From positions 1,736,001-1,800,000 of the forward strand of contig ML978121.1 of the NCBI GenBank assembly GCA_010015805.1: a stretch of DNA of 64,000 bases, written 5' to 3'. Under the pieces are notes generated by a model. The model saw nothing but the letters and a program-made list of their open reading frames with translations. It searched no databases and was not told where the DNA came from. Shown in pieces: positions 1 through 10,123 of this stretch; position 1 is the stretch's first letter, and every line of letters begins with the position of its first letter. This stretch comes from Rhizodiscina lignyota (taxonomy: Eukaryota). The translations under genes and the position numbers were made by a program.

Positions 1-799
1 TCATTGACGGATGATTTCGAACCGAACATGTTGGTCCCTGTGGGTTTCGATTTGGACCGAGCCTTTCGGCAGCAGAGTTGCCAGCTAGGCAAGGTTGACG
101 ATGAATATGAAGAAGCTATCTAACGTAGAAAGATCGAGGAGGAAGATGTGTTCTTTTCTCTTTCTGGCTTTACGTGATATCTTTTGGTTCGGCACAAACG
201 AGTCATTACTCTGGACTGTTCAATCAGCCCATCAATCGAGCACACAGTCAACGGCCGAAGCTCTGGAGCGTTCTGACTCGAGCATAGAGAGCCGATTACT
301 GCTCCACCTCTTCAAGGATTTATGGCAGACGGTATATAAAACAGTGGGCTTCTCCTGGTGGAGACTCATGGCCGCCGGCCAAGCTATTGATATAGCATCG
401 GTGATGGTTTGTTGAATGGACCACACAGGCTGAGCGCGTTCAGCATGCTGGAGGCCGTCGACATGTTGAAAGTTGTTATTATGCAACACTGATCTAGCAA
501 CATACCTAGCGCTGACAATTGTTTGAGGCTATCTCCACGTGCTCTTATGTTATGGATGCGCGTCACGATAGTCATGGCGCATGCGAAATCTCGTACCTGA
601 GCCAGGTACCTGAATATCGGCAGCGTAGCGGGGCTCGGAACCCGCCAATCCCCCGTCGCGAGAGCCTCACGTTCCACGCGCCGGGGACCTTCCCACCTTC
701 CTGATTGCAGTCTATCCCACAACGTGCATCTGTCGTTCACGATGCATCGTCCACCATCGCGGTACGATTACCCAGAAAGCGGGCACATATAAGCCAGCG

Positions 800-2387
800 A
801 TGCGCCATGGCTCCGACATCTTCGCCCTCATCCTCTTCGTTGGAGTTGCCTTTGTCCTGTTTACCAGCTTCACGGATCTTCCAATGCTTCTCTCCAGACA
901 AGCTCCAGCCTTTGTGCTCGCGCTGGGATTGAGCGTGAGTGTTACGGCAAAGAATCTCACGGACGAGATCAATGCGCAATGGCGCAAGCCTGCCAAGTTT
1001 TGGGACACTGACTTGGATGCTACGATCAATGCCAAAGGCACATATAACTTCATCTTCAACTCGTCTACTCTGCCTAAGGGCATCAAGTACGGGTCCTACG
1101 ACTACTGCAATATGCCTCATGTGAGGAAGCCAGAGTACAGGATCCCATCAAAGGAGTATAAACTGGAATACGTTGAGATCATCCACCGACACCACAAGAG
1201 AACCCCTTATGCTTCGAACTTGGTGAGCTGGAGGTCCGTACTTTACCAATCACGGATATCTAACCTCTCGACAGTGGCCTGAGGAGAAGCCTCCATATGA
1301 CTGCAGCAATACCGAGCTTTTCACGTACGGAGAAGGCAAAGGCGTCCCTTCCGTTCCACTGTATTGGACACCTCTCTGGACCAGTGAGAATCCGTTCACC
1401 ACCGTCGGCGAAGGATCGAATTGCCAGTTTCCTCAGCTCACCCAGGGCGGCTTCCAGGACTCGTGGCAGCATGGCAATGATCTTTTTGGCGTCTATCATG
1501 ACTTGCTGCACTTCTTGCCCAACCAGCCAAATGGAAAACAGATGAAGTTCAGAGTTACAAACAACGTCATTACCTCCCAAGTCGCCAGTGCTCTTATTGC
1601 TGGAATGTATCCTGCTCTGGCAAGGAAGGATATCCCATTGAGCGTCTTTATCGAGAACTCGGCCATTGACAGCCTGGAGCCAACATACTCTTGTAACGCA
1701 GCGAATACTCTTTCTTCTGCCTACGGCGTTGGAAGCACTGACCCTGCATGGACACCACATCTTAATGCCAGCCAGGATCTCCGTGAGGCTCTCAACAAGA
1801 TCAGCGGCGTCGATCCAACGGACTCGGGCTGGTCTCAGAGCTGGGACCACTACTTCGACAACCTGTCTTCAAGGCAGTGCCACGGGATCCCGCTGCCGTG
1901 CAACGGGACTTGCGTCACCCAGGACCAAGTGAATGAGGTCTATCGCCTCGGCATGTACGAGTACGCGTACTTGTACCGCGTTGCGCCTGAGTCTCTCCTC
2001 TACGGTGTCGAAGAGTACGGCGTTTGGATTGCGGAGTTCCTCGGCAATGTCCGCGCTGCGACGAGCGGCACATCGACAGTCAAGTACACGCACAACGTTG
2101 CCCACGACGGATCGATGTCGCGTCTTCTGGCCGCGCTACAGACCGAGGTGATGTTCTGGCCGGGAATGGGATGTGAGCTGTCCTTTGAGATTTACAGCAA
2201 GCAGGGCTTTGGCTATGAAAAGAAGGAATGGTACGCGAGGATCTTGTTCGGTGGCCAGGTATTCAAGAGCTCGACGCCTGAGATTGGAGTTGCAGATATG
2301 ATACCGTTGGATAAGTTGACAGGATATCTGAATGGGCTCGTGGGCAACAAGGCAGCGAATGTTGTAACGCTTTGCAATAGCTCATAG
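800..2387 (+). CDS. Secreted/membrane histidine acid phosphatase (phytase-like, branch 2); 2 exons (800-1222, 1275-2387)
   Basis: RHHKRTP (RHxxRxP) motif in exon 1 and AHDG (HD) motif near the C-terminus. Intron GTGAGC(1223)..CTAAC..ACAG(1274) joins the two ORFs in frame. Hydrophobic N-terminus. The start could also be the Met at 883. Confidence 0.88.
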
Positions 2388-2547
2388 AAAGACTTTGGAG
2401 GGGCACAAGTGGTTGTCTAATCAATAAAACATGTGAATGTGTAATATTATGCTTGATTCAATGAGTACGGATTTTGAAGATGCAATCTGATGGTACCTGA
2501 ATGTGAGAGAAAAGGGGAAACGCCAGAGACCCTGCTGCCAATTTAAT

Positions 2548-3483
2548 CTACCAGAGGTCGGAATAACACGGATATGCGTCGATAGGTGCAGGGAGTGGAT
2601 GTGTGAGGCTACTTGGAAGCCCAGAGAGTTCTCCCGCACTTGCGTCTCCCCGTATTCCCTCGATGCCCTCATGTGGCTCGAAGGTTCGAAGCACCAAACT
2701 GACCAAGCTTTGTCCACTTGCCCTTGCCTTTTGCGTCTCAGGCAAATTCTTCACCCATTCGAACATCCCATGACTGTTGCTTTCATGTGCCAACCACGTA
2801 TCCTCCATGGATATCCGAACATCCCCTTCTCCATGCTCCACTATGCTCTCGAGAAAGTTACGAAGCGAGCGTGCCACTTCTCTGATCTTGTGAAGCGCTC
2901 TATGAGCCATGCTGAGTAGACGCTGCGCTTCTTGAGCCGCAAGGATATCTCTCTGCAGTTCCCTTCGCTGGTCGGCACTCCAGGGTTCACTTCGCGGCGC
3001 TCTTGGAAGCGGCAGCTTGCGAATGGATTGTCTCGTCAAGGTGTCCACGTTCTCTAATTCCTTCCAAAAGCTTCGTGAGAACGGTTGTTCGCCGAGGAGT
3101 AAATCCAAATCCTCACATCTTGACGGAGCGAAATGTCCCAGCATAAAGCGACGGGTGGGGCTGGTGCGGTAATACACGATGGCTATGTCTCGGATCAAGT
3201 CCTCCAGTTTTTCCCTCCCGACTCTAAATCGATTGACGACCTCGAGGTGAGCTGCCTTTGCCTCTTCAGTGAAGCAGAGACGGCCAACGGAGTAATCTTC
3301 GATTTTCCAGCTGCAGGAGAAGCAATAGAATTCAGTTCGGATGGGTGTTGTTACGTAATTATAGTGACGGCAAATTGGAATGTCTGGATAGAGAGGAGAA
3401 GCGTAGGTCAGAGGGCTGCACGGCTCCACGATGAACTCGTGGACGCAGCCGCAAGAATGCTGATATGAGATCTGCCTGCACAT
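2548..3483 (-). CDS. Hypothetical protein (about 311 aa) with an N-terminal Cys/His cluster (MCRQISYQHSCGCVH...C...C...CFSC) and a predicted helical C-terminal half
   Basis: Long intronless ORF. ATG at 3483 preceded by CAAAC. No family recognised. Confidence 0.65.
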   Translation of the reverse strand: MCRQISYQHSCGCVHEFIVEPCSPLTYASPLYPDIPICRHYNYVTTPIRTEFYCFSCSWKIEDYSVGRLCFTEEAKAAHLEVVNRFRVGREKLEDLIRDIAIVYYRTSPTRRFMLGHFAPSRCEDLDLLLGEQPFSRSFWKELENVDTLTRQSIRKLPLPRAPRSEPWSADQRRELQRDILAAQEAQRLLSMAHRALHKIREVARSLRNFLESIVEHGEGDVRISMEDTWLAHESNSHGMFEWVKNLPETQKARASGQSLVSLVLRTFEPHEGIEGIRGDASAGELSGLPSSLTHPLPAPIDAYPCYSDLW

Positions 3484-3639
3484 GTTTGGTTCGATGCTTT
3501 GATAAGAAGAGTGAAGAGAGATCTCTGCAATAAATAAAGTCAATCCGTGTTGAGAGTGAACGTGAGTTTACCAATTTCGAGTACATTAGCACTTAGTGAA
3601 ATTGGCAGTTAGCCGTTGTTCGAATGGAGGACATTGCAA

Positions 3640-3723
3640 AACAAAGAAAACAAAAGCAATTTGAAAGGACAATGGTATTGTTCCTATTGTTGAGGTCCTA
3701 TTGTGAAGGTCCTATTGTGAAGG
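3640..3723. promoter_or_regulatory. Cluster of HMG-box-type motifs, including a 14-bp tandem repeat (TCCTATTGTGAAGG x3, first copy imperfect)
   Basis: AACAAAGAAA at 3640-3649. Repeat units at 3682-3695, 3696-3709 and 3710-3723 each contain CTATTGT. Lies upstream of the minus-strand orphan gene. Confidence 0.4.
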
Positions 3724-4555
3724 TCGTATGGACGAACAAGTGTAATTGTCTAATGCGGAAGCATAGCGTCTTCGAGCCAATGCGCTTTGCCTCGAGTCGA
3801 TGATATAGAATAAAGCAACAAAATACATGTCATCAAACAGGACAGTACAGAAGATATCATGCTAAGAAATATTTGGCTAAAGAATCGACTTATCCTGCGT
3901 GGACGGGATTGTTTCGCAAGCATAGAACAAAGGCGCAACGAGGACGCCTCTGAGCCAACTTTTGTACAATGAAATTTCATCAGCATCAGGTTGCTTGGGT
4001 ATCTAGCAAAGCTGCAACTGTTGTTAGCGCATCTGCAATGGTACCCTCCTCAGTTCCGGAATGCCTTCAAGGCTCGCCGACCATCCTTCGCTCATGCGTG
4101 AAATCCAGCTTCGATCAATGAGGCTTGGGGTGGAAAGATGAGAGCGGTGTCAAATCCACAGCGATAAAGCAAGGTAGATGGTGGCGGGCATGTATTTAGG
4201 GGATGCGAGTTCATACAGGTTCCGACGAGCCGTGGGAACGACTCGGAGATGCTCCAGGAACGCCGCATTGTGCCGTGTCACATGGGTAAATCTTATCCTA
4301 CTCCGTAAAATCGCACAAGATGAAAAATACCTGGCGTCCGAATCGTTAATTGCTTCCGCAATGGGTATCGGGCTGATCTTCGACTTGCAGAGCCTGCATG
4401 TTCATGCTTCTGACCCCCGCATTCAGAGCCGTAGGCAGCCAAGCCCAAGAATTGAGAATTGAACAAAACTTCATCCGAGTCTCCAATTGAACAGAACATT
4501 GAAGCATACCGTACCTGTGTAGAGAGTTTTGACATCTCGCTGCTCGAACTCGAAA

Positions 4556-5810
4556 ATGCCTGGAATTCCTGTAGAAGTCGTCGGGTCGCTTCCCCGGCCA
4601 ATGTGTTCGTTAAATGCAAATCGTCACTGCTTCGGACATTCACAACGCTGAACTTTGACAGATCTCCAGGAAGCGATTAACCAATATGATTCTGACAAAA
4701 TCACTCTGGAGGACCTCCAGGCGGCTCAAGACAAAGCGGCGCGCGACTCGGTGGAACGAATGGAGGAAACAGGTCATCCGGTGGTAACCGATGGAGAACA
4801 GAGAGCCTCATCGTTTGCTACCTATCCCATTATCGACACTCTGGGCGGCAAAGGTCTTGCCTCGAACCTTGTCGCAGATGGACAGTATTTTGCCATCTTC
4901 GACGATGGTCATCACCGACAATTGCCTCGTCTCGTGAGCGGACCGTTCAAGTACAGGACTTATGCCGCGGATTACCTGAAGAAGAGCAAGCCGTATGCAT
5001 CAAAGCCTGTGAAGCAAGCCGTCATTGCCCCATCAATGCTGTACTTGCTATATCCTCTCAATGGAGAAATAGAAGGGTATCCAAAAAGCCAGTTCGAAAG
5101 TGATCTGATTGACGAGTGTGAGAAGGATATTCGGCAATGTTTCGATGCTGGGGCCGTGCGGGTGTCGATTGACTTTACGGAGGGCAGGCTGGCTAAGAAG
5201 AAAGACAAGAGGAATCCATGGACCGGCGCGGATCTTCTTCAGACATTCGTCGACTTGAACAACAAGGTACTGGATCGATTCTCTCCAGAGGAGAGAAAGA
5301 ACATAGGGATCCACACATGTCCAGGTGGCGATTGTGACAGCGTGCATAGTGGAGACGTCGATTACCATGAGCTGTTGCCGAGCTTGTTCCAAATGAACGC
5401 TGGGTATTTCCTTATCCAATGCGCCAGCGAGAAGGAGAAGGAGAAGGTATACAAGGATATTGGCGCCAATATCCGGAAGGACGCAAATGGTGTCAAGCAG
5501 GTAAATGCTGGATTAATATCAACGCCGTGGACCTGCTGACTCAGTTTGAAAGGTTGCATTCATTGGAGTTGTGAATCCATTGAACCCAGAAGTCGAAACG
5601 CCTGAACAGATCCGTGACGCTGTGCTCGCAGCAGCGAAACATATCCCTACCGACCAGCTTGGGGCCACCGACGACTGTGGCTTCTCGCCATTTTCGATAG
5701 ATGTCAAGCCAAAGCACGGAAGTCCAGACTTTGCAAGAGATGTGGCGTTTCAGAAGATTGCAAGTCGTGTCAAGGGGGTACAGCTGGCGAATGAGGCGCT
5801 AGGACTGTGA
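4556..5810 (+). CDS. Cobalamin-independent methionine synthase II-like protein (single catalytic-domain MetE family, about 381 aa); exons 4556-4604, 4662-5500, 5553-5810
   Basis: N-terminal VVGSLPRP, TDGEQR, zinc-ligand motif GIHTCPGG and TDDCGFSPF. Two GT..AG introns keep the frame. Confidence 0.88.
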
Positions 5811-6099
5811 ACGGGTTCGTGGGTAATATCATATATCGTCCTTCGACTTCAACATAGAACGTAGGAGCTCACAAGCAAATTCAACAGTTTGCATGAGATG
5901 TGCGAAATGATAGATTTATGGGGGACTGCGGTGCGGACTTATATCTAATCATCTTTGCTATTTCGGCAGTTGAACGACGATATCGTACGCGCTAGTCTGT
6001 TTCTTATGTTACATTTCAAGATAACAGTTGGTAAACGCTGTATCCGGCTTAGTCTCATTACTGTTTCGCGCTAGCAGGCTAATCCCTGCTTAGATTCGG

Positions 6100-6300
6100 C
6101 ATATGTTGGGGCAAACCGTGGGCGTGGGTAGAACGAGAATAATAACGAGGAGATTATAAGAGGTACGAAATAAGTAAAGAGGTAAAAGAAAGAAGAAATA
6201 CGGACGTAATATATAGAAGGAAGCGACGTATAAGTTAAATTTGTGAACTTATCACAATACGGAATTGGTATTAAACTTATCGATTATCCGGCACCTATCC
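6100..6300. repeat. AT-rich tract with a RIP-like dinucleotide signature (possible repeat or transposon relic)
   Basis: About 6130-6240 is rich in TpA and essentially lacks CpA/TpG, unlike the flanking DNA. Confidence 0.4.
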
Positions 6301-6601
6301 CCCTTTTTATAGGCTCCGCGCTAGGAAGCCTTAGCAGTTGCCCTACAGAAGGGCCCGATGTTTTCCCGGCGCTGTGTGTGCACGGTTTTTTTCCTTTTTT
6401 CCTCTACACAAACCGAGCAGCTCTTTCTTCCTTCAATCCACCGAACAGTAAGTAAATTCTGTATACGCTTGATATATATTAATAAAACTGACAATTGTTG
6501 CGTAGTACACGCCCGACGTATTCTGTGCTGAACACCAGCACACCCACGCTCAGCCTTATTACCGAGAAACCGTGTTAGCGCATGTGCTAAGCATATGCGG
6601 G

Positions 6602-7869
6602 ATGGCGCACAACTACAGCGGCCCCAACGTGACTAACGCGACCAATCCGGTCAATGGGGTTTGGTTCCATGGTTGGTATACGCAAAATACCTGCGAAACT
6701 AAAGCACACTAAACATGTACAGGCCCTATACCAAACCACAACCCCGGCTGGCAGCCGACTGGTAGGTGTTTCTGTGCAAACACTACGCATAGCTGACAGG
6801 ATACACAGTGATCCAGAATTGGGTTGCCAACGGCCGAGCCGGCTGTGAGTTAACCTTTCGTTATAGGATACGCTATACATAGGCTAACGAAATGCAGCCC
6901 GCCCGAACATCGCTGTAGCCGACCACGCCCATCAATACTGTAAGGCTTTTTTTCTGCTAGCGTAGCGCACATCCTGAACCCATGCATAGTCCCGAACCCT
7001 GCTGAGGTGGTCAGTAAGGCCACAGTAGGAGTGTGAGTAAATACGTTCAAATGCATTGTGCTTGTACTGAGTATACATTCCAGGTGCATGATTGACGTTG
7101 GTGATAACGTTATGTGTGGAGTTGTCTTTGAGAACGGTCAAGCAAACGCTGCTGTGAGTATACTGAGCACGTATTGAGCGTATCGTATACTGAGAATTGA
7201 TACAGCTTCGCCGTCACTTTCGCACCGCGCATCCTGGTGCTGGTTAGTATGTCCTCTAAATATGCTTGCGTATGCTGAAAGCGAAAACAGTTCAGAATGC
7301 GACCACACAGAATGTCACCAACCAGGAAATGCTTGAGGCACAAAAGTCAGTACACATCGAGCATGTGCATACACATATCGAGCATATACTGACCGCTTAT
7401 AGTGCGCTCAAGCTGTTCGTGAGGTCCGGAACCTGGCGCGATGCGCTGTTCGGCTCTGAACCGGGGTGAGTATATCCCAATCAGACATTGAGCCAATGCT
7501 AATTGTGTACAAAGACGGGGCCCAGTGGGCGGACTAATCGATGTCTATGCCACTGAGATGGAAGCAATTGCGTAAGTCTGCCTGTGCTGGAAACATGCTA
7601 AGTATACGATATGCTGATCATGAACAGGGCAGCAGATGCGACATTTGCCGCTGCGTACGGCACTCGCTTCCACCGAGATGTAGGTATATGGTAATTGTCT
7701 TTTGATCATGTGCTGATCATGTACACAGCGACTCTGCCAAACCCGTGGCATCGGCAAAAGAAAGGTAAGTTTGCATATTTTCTGTGTGGACACATACTGA
7801 GCATGTGTATAGCGCGGCCCATCCCCGCCCGCAAGAAACCTAAAAATGACCATCACTTTACAGCTATAA
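6602..7869 (+). CDS. Intron-dense orphan gene, 13 exons, 218 aa, with a BED-like C2H2 zinc finger and a basic NLS
   Basis: Exons 6602-6671, 6723-6761, 6809-6844, 6898-6939, 6990-7032, 7084-7153, 7206-7242, 7291-7345, 7403-7465, 7515-7571, 7628-7679, 7729-7764, 7813-7869 total 657 nt, open from ATG to TAA. All 12 introns are GT..AG, 47-57 nt, with CTRA-type branch sites. Protein: MAHNYSGPNVTNATNPVNGVWFHGPIPNHNPGWQPTVIQNWVANGRAGSRPNIAVADHAHQYFPNPAEVVSKATVGVCMIDVGDNVMCGVVFENGQANAALRRHFRTAHPGAVQNATTQNVTNQEMLEAQNALKLFVRSGTWRDALFGSEPGRGPVGGLIDVYATEMEAIAAADATFAAAYGTRFHRDRLCQTRGIGKRKRGPSPPARNLKMTITLQL. Confidence 0.85.
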
Positions 7870-8250
7870 TTAGATGGCTGCTTGACAATGCTGGTGTCTC
7901 TTTTTTGGGGCGCTAGAGTATGCTCATGACCAGCGCCTTGCATTATCAGTAATGTCGAATAGCGACAAGCCTCTACTGGCTCGTGGCCATGCTGAAGACA
8001 AGACTGATCTTATAGCACGATAGCGGGAAATGACTCTCAGGCATACAGCAAGACGAGACAGTCAAGGAATGTCCATACCCAAAAGCGTAAGCGTCTGTAG
8101 TTATCCTCGACGATAAATCACTATCAATTAAAGGCCTTTTGCCATGCACCAGGAGAGTATCTCAATTTGTCCTCTACCTGGCGCTATATCCTGTGACATT
8201 TCCTCCGCATTTGGACGAATTTGATACAATTTCCGCATTGCTCATTGCTC

Positions 8251-10123
8251 TCAAATCATATACCGATAGTCTTTCGCCTGCCTCCTTGCCAATGCAATGT
8301 CAATCCCTTCCATCTCTGCCGTCTTCCTCAGTTTCGCAAGGTCCTCCTCTCTGAGCGGCACGTCCTCATTCTGCAGCGCCGAAAGATACTTGTTTTGGCG
8401 TTGAAGATACCATCGTAAGATAACCGCACAAATCAATGCAACGACTTGTAGCCCGATGCAAGCTCCCAGGGCGGGCCTATAGTCCGGGGGGTCGATGTAA
8501 GTGAACGGTGTCCAGATACTGGCAGCATTTCCGACCGAGTTGACGAAAGCGAGTGCAGCGGCACGCTTGGCAGGTGGACGAGGAATAGCATTCGCAATCC
8601 AAGCGTATATAATGCCGTTTTGTGCAAAGACGAAGATCATAAGGAACATGGAGAAGTATCGGGGGCCGAAAGAGCTTGTTGTCATGAATACAACAAAGCC
8701 GACGATCGTGATCGGGATCGGATAGACGAAGAACCAGAAGCGATGGTTAAGCTTGTCGGATGCCCAGGAATTGACCTAGAGACCTCAGCAATAAGAACCG
8801 AGATGTGTTAACAAGTTACTTACGAATGAGTAAATGACCATGAAGATGTAAGGGGGCGCCACGAGTAAGAGAGAGTCGATGTGATTGAAACCAAGCGTCG
8901 CAGTTAGGGTTGGGAAGAAGTTCTGGAATCCGGATGCGCCAGTAATGCCATGATAAGCAATGGCGAGCAAATATGTCTTAGGGTCTTTAAATGCCAGTTT
9001 ACATCCCGTCCATTGCGACATGCCACCCGGGAGGTCGACGTCGGCTTCCGCTGCGTCGAGGGCCAGACGACGGTTTGCAACGTGCTTCATTTCTGGAGAG
9101 AGACGACTCCAGGTATCAGGGAAGTCTGGAAGAATGAAACAGATGACGATTCCGATAAACATGGTGATGGCTCCTTCGATGACATAGAGCCATTGCCACG
9201 CAGACATCCCTAGGGATCCAGCGAGTCCGCTCAAGATACCAGCAGCAATGCTACACCAATATCAGAAATTGCTCATGGGAAGTGGTGGTGTTCACTCACA
9301 GATTACCGAAGGCACCGCTAAGCAATGAACCCGAGTAGAAAACTGCCATTCTGAATGAAAGTTCGCCTTTCGTGTACCATTTCGAAAGATAGAACAGCAC
9401 GCCTGCGAAGAATGGAGCCTCTTAAAGATTGTTAGTATCGCGAAACGCATTTGCTCAAACAATCTCAACTTACCAACGAGACCCAGAATAAATCGACATG
9501 CTACGATACCTCCATAACTCTTTACCTGGCTCGTCAGGCACGACACCAGGCCCCAGGCTATCACGAAAAAGCCAATGTACCAAGATGGCTTTCCGCAGTA
9601 ATTAAGCAGCAAGTTCGAAGGCACTTGCATCAGAACCTGGCCTCGGTGAGAAGTTGATTAGGATTCGAAAGGATTAGACTTACATAAGCCACGAAAAGGA
9701 TGGACAGACCAACTTGGTACTGAGTATTGTTCAGTCCAAGGTCCTCAACCAGTCCCTGCAATTTCGCCGCTGGCAAAAATATCAGCACCCTGGAATCCAG
9801 AAAATTTCAGTTTCGACGGTTATGGAGCTCATACCAGCATAGTTGTTCCTAGTATCGCACAGTTAGCGAATAGTTCAACACTCGGTTCTCGGGTTCGATA
9901 ATGAGACGTACCGATCAATATAGTTCATCAGATACACCAAGATAACCAGCGGCATAATGAGGCAGTCAATCTTGAAGCGAAGCTTTTTCTCCACCCCGAG
10001 CTCATGCTCTGAAAGCGCCATCATATGCAACGGCTCTCTCGACGGCGAGCCATTCTCGACCTGCGCCATATCAAGCTTCTCCCCACCAAGAATGTCGGAG
10101 TCGTGGACGATTCTGTCTGCCAT
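8251..10123 (-). CDS. MFS transporter, anion:cation symporter (Dal5/Tna1-like) family; multi-exon
   Basis: KIDCLIMP..YLMNYIDRNNYAAAKLQGL (uses a 14-nt micro-exon, 9835-9848), MQVPSNLLL, WQWLYVIEGAIT, PPAKRAAALAFVNSVGN and C-terminal YRYMI. Confidence 0.9.

Noticed and set aside
1..370. Possible 5' end of a minus-strand gene (ATG at 29, MFGSKSSVN..; branch and acceptor-like signal near 216-232)
   Set aside because: Too little sequence inside the window to support a call.
7154..7812. Regularly spaced CTGAGCATG-like words as a CRISPR-like array
   Set aside because: The context is eukaryotic, the repeats are degenerate and they coincide with intron branch regions. There are no cas genes.
6587..7943. 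Short ORFs listed in the ORF track on both strands
   Set aside because: They are exon-intron read-through or antisense artefacts of the 13-exon gene.
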